64,000 nt of DNA from Felis catus. Taxonomy: Eukaryota. The notes under the pieces are model-generated. The model was given only the letters and a program-made list of their open reading frames with translations. It was not told the DNA's origin and made no database searches. The DNA is taken from the NCBI RefSeq assembly GCF_018350175.1, contig NC_058368.1, forward strand, positions 177,322,001 through 177,386,000. Direction: 5' to 3'. The translations under genes were made by a program, and so were the position numbers. Each line of letters opens with the position of its first letter. The first letter of the stretch is position 1. Of this stretch, positions 52,251-64,000 are shown piece by piece.

Positions 52251-54944
52251 GCCCGAAAGATAAGAATGAGCCAGCCAGAGGATGAGTGGGAGAGAAAAGC
52301 ATTTAAGAGAGACTGGCTTGTATAAAGGTCTTCTGGCAGGAAAGAGATTGGCCCATGTCAGGAACTGAGAGTAGGGCAGTGTGGGGGAGCACAGTGAGGG
52401 AAGGAGAAAATGGAGAGAGATGAGGTTAGAGAAGGAGGCTGGGGCCATTGTAGGACTCTGAAGTTCACGGCAAGGAGTTTGGATTTTATACAACATGGAT
52501 CGAGAAGGTTTGGGATTGATAAGGTCAGGAGTGTTACATGATTAGATTTACATTTCAGGCAGATTGCCATGGCTGCTTGGGAAGCGTGGATTGAGGGATA
52601 AGGTTGGGAGGAGGGGGGCCGAGGCTAAGTCTACTGTAATCACAGGTGAGAGGTGATGTAAACCTGTGCAGGAGGCTCTGCTCCCTTCCTTCCCCCATTT
52701 TATCCAACACTTAACTTAAGCAGCTATCTCCTCAGTCTCCCCAATATTTTCAATCCCTTTCTTTTCTCTTTCTCCCCAGTCTATATACATAACATAGTCC
52801 CCTATGTTATAAAATAATCTTTGTTTCATTGTCCCTTTCCAGGTACTGTCCAATCTCCTTCTCCTTCTCACACGAAATTTTCAAAAGAAATCTACAACTG
52901 TTGCCTGACTTTTGCTCTTTCCGTCCTGTGCTCAGTTCCCTGTGCACTTACTTCTGCTCTGTCCCCCCATTCCACAGCTAAGTGGCCAATGACGTCCTAA
53001 CAGCACTGTAGGATCCCCCTCCTACTTCTCTCTCCTCATCTGCTACAGTTAGCAGCTTACTTAGTGCTGTTCCAATTGTCAGGCTTGATGCATGGGATGT
53101 AGCAGGTGTCAAGTTGATCTTCTTCACCTAAATGATATTCTAGAGATATTCACATGGGGATTGATCATCTTAGACCACCGAGAATAACCATATATTCACA
53201 CATCTTTATCTTCCTTCATTCAGTATCAGGGGACAGTGCATCTCTGTTCCTACTTAAATTTAACCCCTTAGTCTGTACTAGCTATTAATTAATGAACTCA
53301 TTCATTTATTCCACAAATATTTCTTGAGAGCCCAACTTGTGCAAAGGACCATTTATAATTAGTACAATCTCTGTAGTCTTTCTTATTCAGAGTTTAGCAC
53401 AGTGCCTTGTACACAGTAAATGCTTAATAAATGCCTATAAACTTGAACTGATTTACTTTAGGATGTGCTAGTTTCATCCCTCACATTCGAGCTCTCTGTA
53501 AAATTAAAGCCAGACACATTTAAAACAGTTTTTATTTAAGAATGTCTTATACACAGTAAAGTACACAGGTCTTAAATGACACTTATACACTAGGGAACCA
53601 CTACCCAGAACAAGATACAGAACTTGTCCTAGAAGGTTCCCTCATGCCCCACTCTCTGACACATTTTTGAACATATACACATGAGTAAAAAAACCTTCCG
53701 TTTATATTGTATGTTTTCTTTTATAAGCAACCATAAATGTTCTAGAATAAAAAAGGAAGTAGATGCTCAAGGAAGGTGAAACACGAAGCTACACTGAAGG
53801 ACATGACAACCTATAATACCAAATGTCTGACTATTCAGGATCAGGAATCTTTTACCCAACTGAAGAGATGTAACCCGGCAAAATCAACTGTAAAGTGAAT
53901 TTCTATCAAAAATAATCTTTTCGCATCAACTCCTATAGTAAAATTGGAAACACTCTCTTTTAGGGGAACACATGTTGACCTCCAGCTGTAGGCCCACACT
54001 TAAGAAAACCAATTCTCTGATAAAACCTTACCAATAACCCTCAAAATGCTGATGGGACTCACACAACTCAGAATCCCCTGCGGCGTTCCAAAGAAATCAC
54101 AAAATCAAAGCACCGGAAGTGGAAATGTAATGAACATTCTGTGGTGATGCGATGGCCTTGCGTCATAACCTTCCGGCAGCTGAGTAATCCCATGAGCTAA
54201 AAATTCTGGGTGCTTGGCTTGGCTCTCATGCTAGTGGTGCTCCTTAAGTCAGTTTGCTTTTCTGAACCTCAGTTAAATTCATTGTCAATATTGGGGTAAA
54301 AACTACCAGCCCTTCTTTCCCATGAGGCTTCTGTGAGGATCATATAACCTCATGTTCAGTGGTTGGTTTGTTCCTTTGTTTAGTTATGTGTCCGCCCAAA
54401 CAACATCTGTTAAGAATCTCCTGTGTGCCTGGTACTGTGCTGGGGCAGAAAGTGATGAACAAGATGAACAAGATGAACAAGAAGATGTGTCTTCTTCTCC
54501 TGTGGAGTTTACAACCAATTGTAGAACACAGAAATTAAACAATTTAACTCGAAGTTCCTTGTGCAATGTAGCCAATGAAAATGGTAGCCAGTCAATTAAA
54601 AACAAAACTGGGTTACCATCAGAAATTAAGAAAATGATACATATATGCTGTAAGCATTTTGTTTGGATTAAAAACACATACATATATACTTATTCACCAA
54701 TATTTTGATGTAGGAAAGGGTCTTTTCTTGGCCTTTTGTATTGGGTGGGGTTCTGTCCTTTTTTTCATATACCACTTTCTTTAGAGTGAGGCAAGATATT
54801 TATGAATTAATACAAGTGCATAATCCTTCTGGAATTTTATGCTTATTGTCTCCAATTGTGTGGAGTTTTCTCCTCACCTGCATCTGACAGTTATGTTTTC
54901 GGGGATTTGCCTTTATTGATTCTTTTCAGAGTAGAAACAGCATT

Positions 54945-55212
54945 TTAATTTTTTTTTATTATTTTTTTAAAAATTTTTTTAATGTTTATTTATTTTTGAG
55001 ACAGAGACAGAGCACGAGCAGGGAAGGGTCAGAGAGAGAGGGAGACACAGAATGTGAAGCAGGCTCCAGGCTCTGAGCTGTCAGCACAGAGCCCGACGTG
55101 GGGCTCGAACTCACGGATTGTGAGATCATGACCTGAGCCTAAGTCAGATGCTTAACCAACTGAGCCACCCAGGCGCCCCTAGAAACAGCATTTTTAAAAT
55201 TTTTTTTTTATT

Positions 55213-55247
<35 letters not shown>

Positions 55248-55389
55248 CAGAGGGGGGTGGACAGAGGATCTGAAGTGGGCTCCATGCTGACAGCAGAGAG
55301 CCTGACATGGGGCTTGAACTCATGAACCACAAGATCATGACCTGAGCCAGAGTTGAACGTTTAACTGACGGAGCTACCTAGCCACCCCC
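54945..55389 (-). mobile_element. Two adjacent CanSINEs (54945-55179; 55192-55389)
   Basis: First bracketed by TSD tagaaacagcatttt. Confidence 0.93.
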
Positions 55390-55629
55390 AAAACAAAAAT
55401 TTTTAAAAATGCTCAAATTTCACTAATTTGCATGATATTCAATTAAATTATATAATTATAATACTGCCTATGTCTGCCATAAACAATTTAGACACAGATA
55501 GAATGGTCTTTTGGTCAGTACACAGCTTAACTTGTAGGAACTGAAGTTCAAGGTCATGCTGAAGAGTGGCTGTGTGGGATATGATGCATTTGGCTGCAAG
55601 TAACAGAATCTTTACCTAAAACTAGCTTT

Positions 55630-56222
55630 AAAAAAAAAATACTTATTTAAACTCAAGTTATTTAACATACGGTGTAGTATTGTTCTCAAGAGTAGAACCC
55701 CTCCTTAATATCCATCACCCATTTAGCCCAACTCCCACCCCTCTCCCCTCCAGCAACCCTCAGTTCATTCTCTGTATTTAGGAGTCTCTTATGGTTTGCC
55801 TCCCTCTCTCTTTTGTCTCATTTTTCCTTCCTTCCCCTATGTTCATCTGTTGTGTTTCTTAAATTCCACATATGAGTGAAATCATAGGATATTTGTCTTT
55901 CTCTGACTGACTTATTTCGTTTAGCAAAATACTCTTTAGTTCCATCCACATTGTTGCAAACGGCAAGGTTTCATTCTTTTTGGTTGCCAAGTAATATTCC
56001 ATTATACATATATATATCACATCTTCTTTATCCATTTGTCAGTCGATGGACATTTGGACTTTTTCCTTAATTTGGCTATTGTTGATAGTGCTGCTATAAA
56101 CATTGGGGTGCATGTGCCCCTTTGAATCAACATTTCCATATCCTTTGGATAAATACCTAATAGTGCAATTGCTGGATCCTGGGGTGGTTCTATTTTTAAT
56201 TTTTTGAGGAACCTCCATACTG
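55630..56222 (-). mobile_element. 5'-truncated carnivore L1 (3'UTR and ORF2 end)
   Basis: Perfect 13-bp TSD taaaactagcttt (55617-55629, 56223-56235); typical L1 3' motifs. Confidence 0.9.
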
Positions 56223-56239
56223 TAAAACTAGCTTTTAAG

Positions 56240-56503
56240 TTTTGCCTTCACAAAACCTTCAATACATAGAAAAAAAATACAATTTACATTTTCATTTAGT
56301 ACACAAGCACCTACACATACATAGAATGTGAATAGAAACACATTTTCACAAACACTACTTACCTTTATTGTGTGGATCGCTATCTAATGTTTTCTATTCT
56401 AGTCTATTCTTTCCTCATCTATTAAAAGAAAATATTGGTCATAGCCCACAAGAATAATCACATGCCCTATTAAGAGGTGCGACCCACAGTATGAAAACCA
56501 TTG
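56240..56503. mobile_element. Charlie4z-like hAT remnant
   Basis: End motif gcgacccacagtatgaaaaccattg. Confidence 0.5.
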
Positions 56504-56525
56504 GCTTAAATGATAAAGACATTGA

Positions 56526-56704
56526 TTATTTTTTTTAATGTTTATTTTTGAGAGAGAGCAAGTGGGAAGGGGCAGAGAGGGGGGCAGAGGATCCAAAGCG
56601 GCCTGACAGCAGGAGCCTGATGTGGGGCTTGAACTCATGAACTGCTAGATCATGACCTGAGCCAAAGTAGGACACTCAACAGACTGAGCCACCCAGGTGC
56701 CCCT
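56526..56704 (-). mobile_element. CanSINE
   Basis: TSD tgataaagacat. Confidence 0.92.
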
Positions 56705-57659
56705 GATAAAGACATCTATTATTTCACACAGGAAGAAGTCCAGAGACAGGGGAGTCCCTGAGTTGTTGCAATGGCAAAACAGTGTCCTTTTTTTTCTCTG
56801 GCCATCCTCAGAGGACTAGGGATGTCTCCCTTCATGGTACAGAATGGCTCCCACATCTAGCAGCACTTTCACACAGACAGAACTTCATTCAGCAAAGAAG
56901 AGTGAGAGGGAACCCTTCCTGAAGCCCCCAGCTGAATTCTCCTCAACTTCTCTTGGCCAGGATTGGTCACATGCTTACATCCTGGCTACAAAGGAAGCTG
57001 GGAGAGCAGGTGACTGGCATCTTCAGCCTCTATAGAGCAATGGGCTCTGCCAGAAAGGACGAAAGGAAGGGGAAAGAGTGTCAGGAAGGCAGCCCAAAGG
57101 GAAGGGCATTGTGGCCTGGCAGGCATGAGCATCTGGCTTGTACTGGGCATCAGTTGTGTACCTTACAGAGGGAGGGGCTGGAGAGTGTCTCTTAATCTAG
57201 GGAGCTGGCCAAGTAGATGCTCATTAAGAGAGCATCTTCTGAAGTGTGGTGCAGGTTATGAAGAAAGATGCACAGCTGTTACTGGTTCCTGTGGCAGGGC
57301 ACTTACCTGGGTGAGGAGGATGGGGAGGCCTCCAAGGGGAAGTGGCCCTGTGAAGGCGGTTGGAGTAGTGGCCTAGTGTGGGCAGACAGGCCCAGGTGGG
57401 GGATGGTGGGAAGGGTGTTCCAGGCAGAGGGAAGAGGCTGTGAGAAGGCTAACAGGAAGGAGAGATCATGGCCTAGGTGGCATGTTTATTCCTGTAGCTT
57501 TTCACTTCCTATAGGGCAGTCCTGTGCTAGGCACTAAGGGTTTTGAGGAATGGAGACCTCCTGCCCTTGGGAAAGTCACTGTCCATTAGGAAGGATGAAG
57601 TATAAACATTCATGACAAGGAACCAAGGGGAAATATATCTTTCAAATGCTACGATCCCA

Positions 57660-57878
57660 GGGTGCCTGGGTGGCTCCGTTGGTTAAACGTCTCACTCTTG
57701 GTTTTGGCTCAGGTCACGATCTCATGGCTCTGAGTTGGGAGCCCCGCCTCGGGCTCTGCGCTGACAGCGTGGAGCCTGCTTGGGATTCTCTGTCTCCCTC
57801 TCTCTCTCTTCCCTTCCCCCACTCACGTTGTCTCTGTCTCTCTCAAAAATAAATAAATAAACTTAAAAAAAAAAAAAG
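57660..57878 (+). mobile_element. CanSINE (older subtype)
   Basis: Head, CT tract and A tail. Confidence 0.92.
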
Positions 57879-58641
57879 ATGTGATCCCTTCTAACAGTGA
57901 GGACAAAGGGGACTTCTTGGACAGCATGTAACAGGCAGGGCCTCTGTGTAGGGCTAGCAGGGGAGACACCTTCCAGGGGGAGGGCCCAGCACGAGCAAAG
58001 GCACAGAGGCAGGAGAGCAGAGCCGGGGGTTGTACTCGACCTGAGGGGGAGCCACAGGAGTCAAAGCTGGAAGGGTGTTGAAGCCCGGCAGTGGGTCAGG
58101 CCGTCTTTATCCCAGATCCTTCCACGGAACCACAGACATCTGTTGCCCCAGGCTTGGCAAAACTTCCACGAGACTGTGACACCGAGCCTTGGGGGGACAG
58201 AAGGAATGACTTGGGCCTTGTTGCTGTTCAGCTGGTTAGCCTATTTTTCCCCCAAGCAGAGCGACTCTGGGGGAGATGTCCCTGCCTGTCTCTCCTTCTT
58301 CACACCAGTGAGGGCGCCCGCTCAGTCTCTTTGGAGAAAGACGCGTCTCTGAACAGCCAGAGGGTCGCTGGGTCTTGTGTCTCCCTGGATGTGCTGGGAG
58401 GGCTGCCACGGTGGCATAAGGCCTGCCAGAGAGATCTCTAGAGTGGAGGTAATGGCTCTGGGGGGCGGGCATCTGTGGTCAACCCTGAGGGAGTGTCCAG
58501 GCCTGAAAGTCATGGGCGACAGCACAGGCAGGACGCTCAGGGACAGAGGTCACAGATGTCAGAGCTGTGGTGGGCAAGCCTTTGCGGTGGCCCCTGGGAG
58601 GACTCGAACGGCTACCAGGACATGGGTGAGGCAGCTTCGTG

Positions 58642-58857
58642 CAGAGTTTCTCGACCTGGACACCACTGGCAGTTTGGGCGGCTGGTTCTCCATTGTAGGG
58701 GCTGTCCTGTGTATTGCAAAATGTTCGGCAGCGGTCTTGGCCTCTACCCACTAGATGCCAGTAGCATTCCCCTGCCCCAGTTGTGACAACCCAAAAGGTC
58801 TCCAGACATTGCCAAATGTCTCCGAGGTGGTAAAATTGCCTCAAATTGAGAATCGTG
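58642..58857 (+). mobile_element. MER20 hAT-Charlie element
   Basis: ggggctgtcctgtgtattg...ctctacccactagatgccagtagca...gttgtgacaaccc...tccagacattgccaaatgtc. Confidence 0.88.
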
Positions 58858-60819
58858 ACCTTGAGAACCGCGAACAAAGAGGCATCGGGGACCTCTCTTG
58901 TACAAGAGTGGACCACGAGAAACATTGCCCACCACTCGGCGCCCCAGGGGCAATAATTTAGAGAGGGCCAAACTAGAGGCAGGGTCTCGGTAAGGGAACC
59001 TTTGGGGTTGTTCTGGGACAGGGACGGTTCTGAGCGATGTCCTGGAGCTGCTGTTTGGACTCACAGCCTGGGAAGAAGGGGTAGTTAAGGGTAACTTCCA
59101 GGTGTCTGGCTTGGGCCACTGTGCAGGCTGCCGTTCCAGGAGCCAGGAAAGGAGTCGCTCTGGGTGAGCAGGACTCACCCAGTAAAGAGAGAAGGGAAAT
59201 GCTCTGAATTCAATCCTCCTTTGCCTGCCCCTCCCACCTTCTCTGGCCCTGTCTAAAAACTGTCCCCTCAGCATCTTTGAGGACGGGCTCCCACAGCTGC
59301 CGCTCTCTAAGGCAAGGAGAAGGAACGGAGACAGGACGGGTCACCACCCTGGCCAGAGAAGCCTCACGTCTTTCCAACAGAAAACCCCGGGCTCTGGCTA
59401 TGTTCTTGCTACTGTCTGACATTCGTTCAATTTGGCTTTACTGGGACCAGAGCCCGGAACAGGATTTCTCGCCAGTATTTGAAGGGTGAAGGAAGTCCTA
59501 GGTTGTTGATGGCTGGGAGAGGGGAAGGGAGCTAAAGAAGCAGTGGCCCCTCCCTCTTCTGAGCTTTGTGCAGGCAGAGAAGACCTTGGGAGGAGGGGCT
59601 GGACAGGTGGCAGCTGACCCTTTCAGAAGAACCATCTGCGCAGGGCTCTGGTGTTTTCTGAAAGGGCATTTTTAGGCACAAGGATGACCTTCCACAGAGG
59701 CTGGGATCCTTTGCGAACTTGCTTCTCTGGGGAGCTGGGCCTCGGATCAAAGGATCCTGCATTGTGGCTCTGTTCTTCCATCACCCATACCTCCTTCTCC
59801 CTCTCAACGGCAGTTGAACCTTTCTGGAACACTTGGCACCCCTCCAGGCCTTCTGAGGCCCGACAAGAACACATAGTCTGCCCTTGCAGACAGAAGACAT
59901 TGAAATGCAAAGGCAAGCTGTCCAAACAGCAATTCAGGAGGCATAATCCAGCACTAAATATATATCCTAAGAAGCACAGTGACCATCTTCCTACACTGAG
60001 CCGAGAGAGGCACATACTTTCCGTTCCTTTGCCTTAAGTGGCCCCCACTGTGGACACTTGACATTGTCTTTGGCCATCCAGCATCTGAACGTCCTTCACA
60101 TGAGTCTTGGTGGGTCCAGAGTTCATCCTTCGGAATAAGATACGGGAAGGGTGACATCTACTTTCCAAACCTTCCTTGCCGCTAGGGCACAGCAAGTGAC
60201 CCATGCTCTGCCAATCAGATGTACTTGCCCTGGCCTTGAGATCAGGAGCTGTTGAAGCAGAGTGGAAAAGAGTGAAGGAACCCCTTCAGGGGCTAATGGG
60301 GGTGCTGTGGTGCTGCAGGTGGTGGTTGTGAGGTTCTCTTTGGACCAATTCTATAACATAATTTAGAGCAGTGCTCCTGGCCATGCTGTCTTGAATGTGG
60401 TACTCCATTCCTCCCAGCACTACTGTGAGCTCCCAGTAAATATCCTTTTAATGAATTCATTTTCCTGTTTGAAAGAGCCAAAATCAGCATCTTTACTGGC
60501 AACCATGAACTCTGACTAGTATACTCTCCCTCTCCATTCCATTTGTTCTGCAAATTCCAACGCATCTTTAAACCCTCTACTCAAATAGTGCCTCTTCCAG
60601 GAAGCCTTCTTGGATTTTTTTCCCCTTGGTTACCTTCAAGTTGCAAGTAACAGGCAGTTAGTAGCGCAAGCATCTGGGCTCCTAGGTGTATACAAGGTGT
60701 TATGAGAACCATAGCAATACAGGAGACAGTTTGGATGGACCCACTGAAAACATTTGCATAATTTGTCTGTCTATTAGGTGGTAATGAAGGGGAAAAGGAA
60801 GAGGACAGTGAGATCATAA

Positions 60820-61050
60820 AGCAGAGTGGTTATGAGTTTAAGATTTGGAGTTCAAATCCTGGCTCAGTCACAGGCTGGCTGTGTGATTATAGGCAAGTTA
60901 CTTAAAACCTCTGAGCCTCAGTTTCCTCTTCTGGAAAATGGGGTTGCTAATAGGACCTATCTCATAGGATTGTTGTGAGATTCAAATATAACACATGTGA
61001 AGTGCTGGAGAAGAGTGTCTGACACTGAGGAGATGCCCAGTAAGTGTTAG
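60820..61050 (+). mobile_element. MIR (best-preserved of many; other remnants near 5150, 9430, 13010, 18720, 20950, 36310, 41210, 44620, 63250)
   Basis: Core ctctgagcctcagtttcctc..ctggaaaatgggg motif. Confidence 0.8.
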
Positions 61051-63451
61051 TTATGGCTTTTGGAGGCGGCAGGATACAGCAAAAAGTCAGGAGAAGTGAG
61101 TTCTACCCCAGCTTTGCCACCAGCATCGCGGGATCTTGGCAAGGCTGTTAGAAATAAACTTCTACTTCAAACAGCTTAAAGCAAAGGAGATGGGGGCTTT
61201 CACAGAACCCAAAGGTGGAAAATCACAATGACCTGGAACTGGAAATGGAAGGTCAATGCTACCAGTCAACCACCTACTCCATCTGGCTCTCCTTTTCTGG
61301 AGCCAGTAAGTCTGTCTTCTCTGCTTCTGTTTACTTGTCCAAATGCAGCCTTCCTCCATTTCTCTGTGTACATTTCCCCCAAACTTACTTGCAGAAGCTC
61401 TCTAGTTGTCTCTGAACCCCAATTCTCAGTTCCCAGCAGAGAGACTCAGATGGACTCGGCGTGGGTGAGGGGTCCATCCCTGGTACAATCAGCTGTGGCC
61501 AGGCGGTGGGGTCATGTGGTACAAACACAGCTGTCGCACCAGTGGATTCAACTGTCCATCAGACGTAGTCACTGGAGTTGGGCAGACCTGCCTTCCCTCT
61601 GTCTCAGTTCCTTATCTATAAAATGTGGCTTTATGAGCGTATCACTTGGAATACAAGTAACAGAATACTCAACTAATAGCGGTTTAACTATCAAATACTT
61701 TTATTTTCTTATCTACCAAATAGTCTTTGAAGTAGGGGTGCTGGGCTTGGTTCACGGTTCAGCCTTGTTATCGAGAAGCTGGGATCTTTCCGTCCTTCAG
61801 TTCTGCCATCCTTTGCCTGTTGTTCTTTGTCTTTAAGCTTGTTGCTTCATGGTTGCAAAATGGCCATGCAGCTCCAGCCATCACACCTTCACAGGGTACT
61901 ACCTAAAGCGGGAAGCACCAGACCTCTCCCCCTACATCTATTTTTTTATTTTTCAAATCCTTACAGATTTCCTCTTACATTTCATTGGTCAGTAATACAA
62001 ATTCAAGGGAATCTGAGAAAGTATCTGCTATGCTCAATTCTGTTATTGGAGAGAGATTTCACCAGGAAGGATGATAAAGGAGGAGAATGGCCGTTGAATA
62101 GGCAACCAACAGCGTCTGCCATGGTGAGATGTAAGGTTTGGTTGTGTCTAGATAATACCATTAATTGTCTGGCTAAAATAAGGCAATGCTCAGTGCTGTT
62201 GCTGCTGATAGAAACTCGGAAAGTATCCATGTACAAACATATGTCCAAAAGGCTGTGTTTTAGTCTCTTTCTTTCTAAGCCCAAAAGAGACATTATATAT
62301 AAGCCGCTTCAGTGTATGTGTCTGTGTAAAGTTGAGTTTCACAAGAGAACCAGTGATGTGCTGGCATTGATTCTGGCTCTCCTTGGTTCTTTTCAGCTCT
62401 TCAAAAATGTATCCAAAGATGTTTTTACTTTGACTTTCTTCTTTTCATGGTAAGAAGACACTTCTTTAAACAGCTCATGGGCCAACACTAATGAATAACG
62501 TGATGGCCAAGACGAAAATGGATGCGCATGACTGTTTCACACCATCTGTGGGGAGCAGGCAAAGCTGGCCTACTTTTTCTTTAGTGCATAGCTTTGTTCT
62601 TATCTGTGAGTGTTTGTAAGTGGAGGAATTTCAGTGCAGATGTGAAATTGCTTTTGAAATATGGGTGGCTCTTATAATTTGTGTGCTTTTTACATTTTTA
62701 GAAAGAAGGGTTTTTTTTCCCCCCTTTCCTTTCTTTCTTTTTTTGTCTTATTTTATTTTACTTTTTGGTCTGCTGCTCACTGAGGGTAGAAAGAAAGCCC
62801 AAGGAAAAAGAGGTGAGGGTCCTGCAATGCGGGGGCCCCTCCTCCAGTGCATGGGTGCAAAGCCACAATATAATGGGTGCGTACTTTTGGAGGCGCTGCG
62901 TACATTCTGCTGGGTGGAAAGAGTTCATTAACATGCTGGGTGGGTTGCAGGTTCTGTGTAGGCTTCGGAACTAACCAACTTGGGTTTCTGCTACTTCTTC
63001 GGCTCAGAGGCCTTGGGCAAACTTCTTCCCATCTGAGCCTCAGTTTCTCCAACTTGAGCAAAGCCAAATCATATCTCTTGGGGTCTTTGTGTAGATGTTA
63101 AGAGTTGGATGGCCCAGGTGACTTTCCAAGGTCCTTTCTGGCTCGGAACCCTCTGAATCTGAAGCCCAAAGTCCAGCACCAACATCATCATTAACTCTTC
63201 TTCCTCTGTCTTTTTTTTTCCCATCATCATCATCACCATCTCTTGAGTGTTATCTTATACTAAGCACTCTCCTGAGTCCTCTACCTGCGTGAACACACTG
63301 AATCCTCATGGCGAAACTGTAAGGTGGGTATTTTTACTGACATCTAATAGTTTAGGAAGCCGAGGCTCAGAGAAGGGAGAGGATTTGCCCAAGATCATCC
63401 AGCAGGTAGGTTACGGAGTAAAGATCAGAACCTCCAGGATAGGATTGGTCT

Positions 63452-63671
63452 TATTTATTAATTTAATTTATTTTTTTAATGTTTATTTTTTGAGAGAGAG
63501 AGAGGGAGGGAGATTGTGAATGGGGGAGGGGCAAAGAGAGAGGGAGACATAGAATCCAAAGCAGGCTCCAGGCTTCTGAGCTGTCAGCACAGAGCCTGAA
63601 GGGGGGCTCAAACTCACAAGCTGTGAGATCATGACTTGAGCCGAAGTCGGACACTTAACTGACTGACTCAC
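63452..63671 (-). mobile_element. CanSINE, 5'-truncated
   Basis: Degenerate TSD ggatt(g/t)gtct. Confidence 0.9.
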
Positions 63672-64000
63672 GGATTTGTCTCATTTAGAAGCCACTTTGT
63701 CCATTTGATTGTTTCAGATGCTGCTCAAGAAGGAGCCCATGCTCCTCAAATAAATGTGCTCTGGGGTAAAGCTGTGACCCCAAGGCCCAGGGCCGGGAAG
63801 AGCTTTTGTGCAGGTTCAGTTGCTACAAGTTTCCTAATGATCAGATGACCTTCTTGGAGGACAGCAAATAGCCTTTGCCTAGACTGTATTATACTATCCT
63901 AGTAGGGGCATCTTGGAGTTTCTGCCTCCTTAGCATCCAACCCCTCCTCTTTGGGTGGCACATTCCAGTTTTTCTTTGTGATAACCATCTCAACTCCACC

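Noticed and set aside
54453..54486. (GATGAACAA)3 giving DEQDEQDEQ in an ORF
   Set aside because: Short tandem duplication inside an L2/MIR-like remnant; no coding support.
61228..62453. Two consecutive ORFs of about 200 aa
   Set aside because: They overlap MaLR/MIR-like remnants, show no domain-like content and lack a convincing splice structure.

Overview
Eukaryotic (mammalian) DNA from a cat-family genome: about 32 tRNA-derived felid-type CanSINEs sit among older L1, L2, MIR, MaLR/ERV LTR and DNA-transposon fossils. The only supportable protein-coding gene is a complete four-exon minus-strand gene recognisable as SMIM23 (C5orf50 orthologue). Its CDS is 32474-32385, 27046-26995, 26770-26703 and 26436-26224 (423 nt, 140 aa), all introns are GT-AG, and a polyA signal lies about 105 nt past the stop. 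The product is a poorly characterised single-pass membrane protein with an acidic C-terminal coiled coil. By recalled human synteny the window lies between FBXW11 (left) and FGF18 (right); neither gene was seen here. Several repeat-free, motif-dense islands are candidate enhancers. I found no convincing novel biological system. The best leads are the SMIM23 architecture, stop-codon history and promoter motifs, and a tandem STAT plus TCF/homeodomain element. Repeat family names come from remembered consensus sequences, not a database search, and boundaries without a TSD are approximate.
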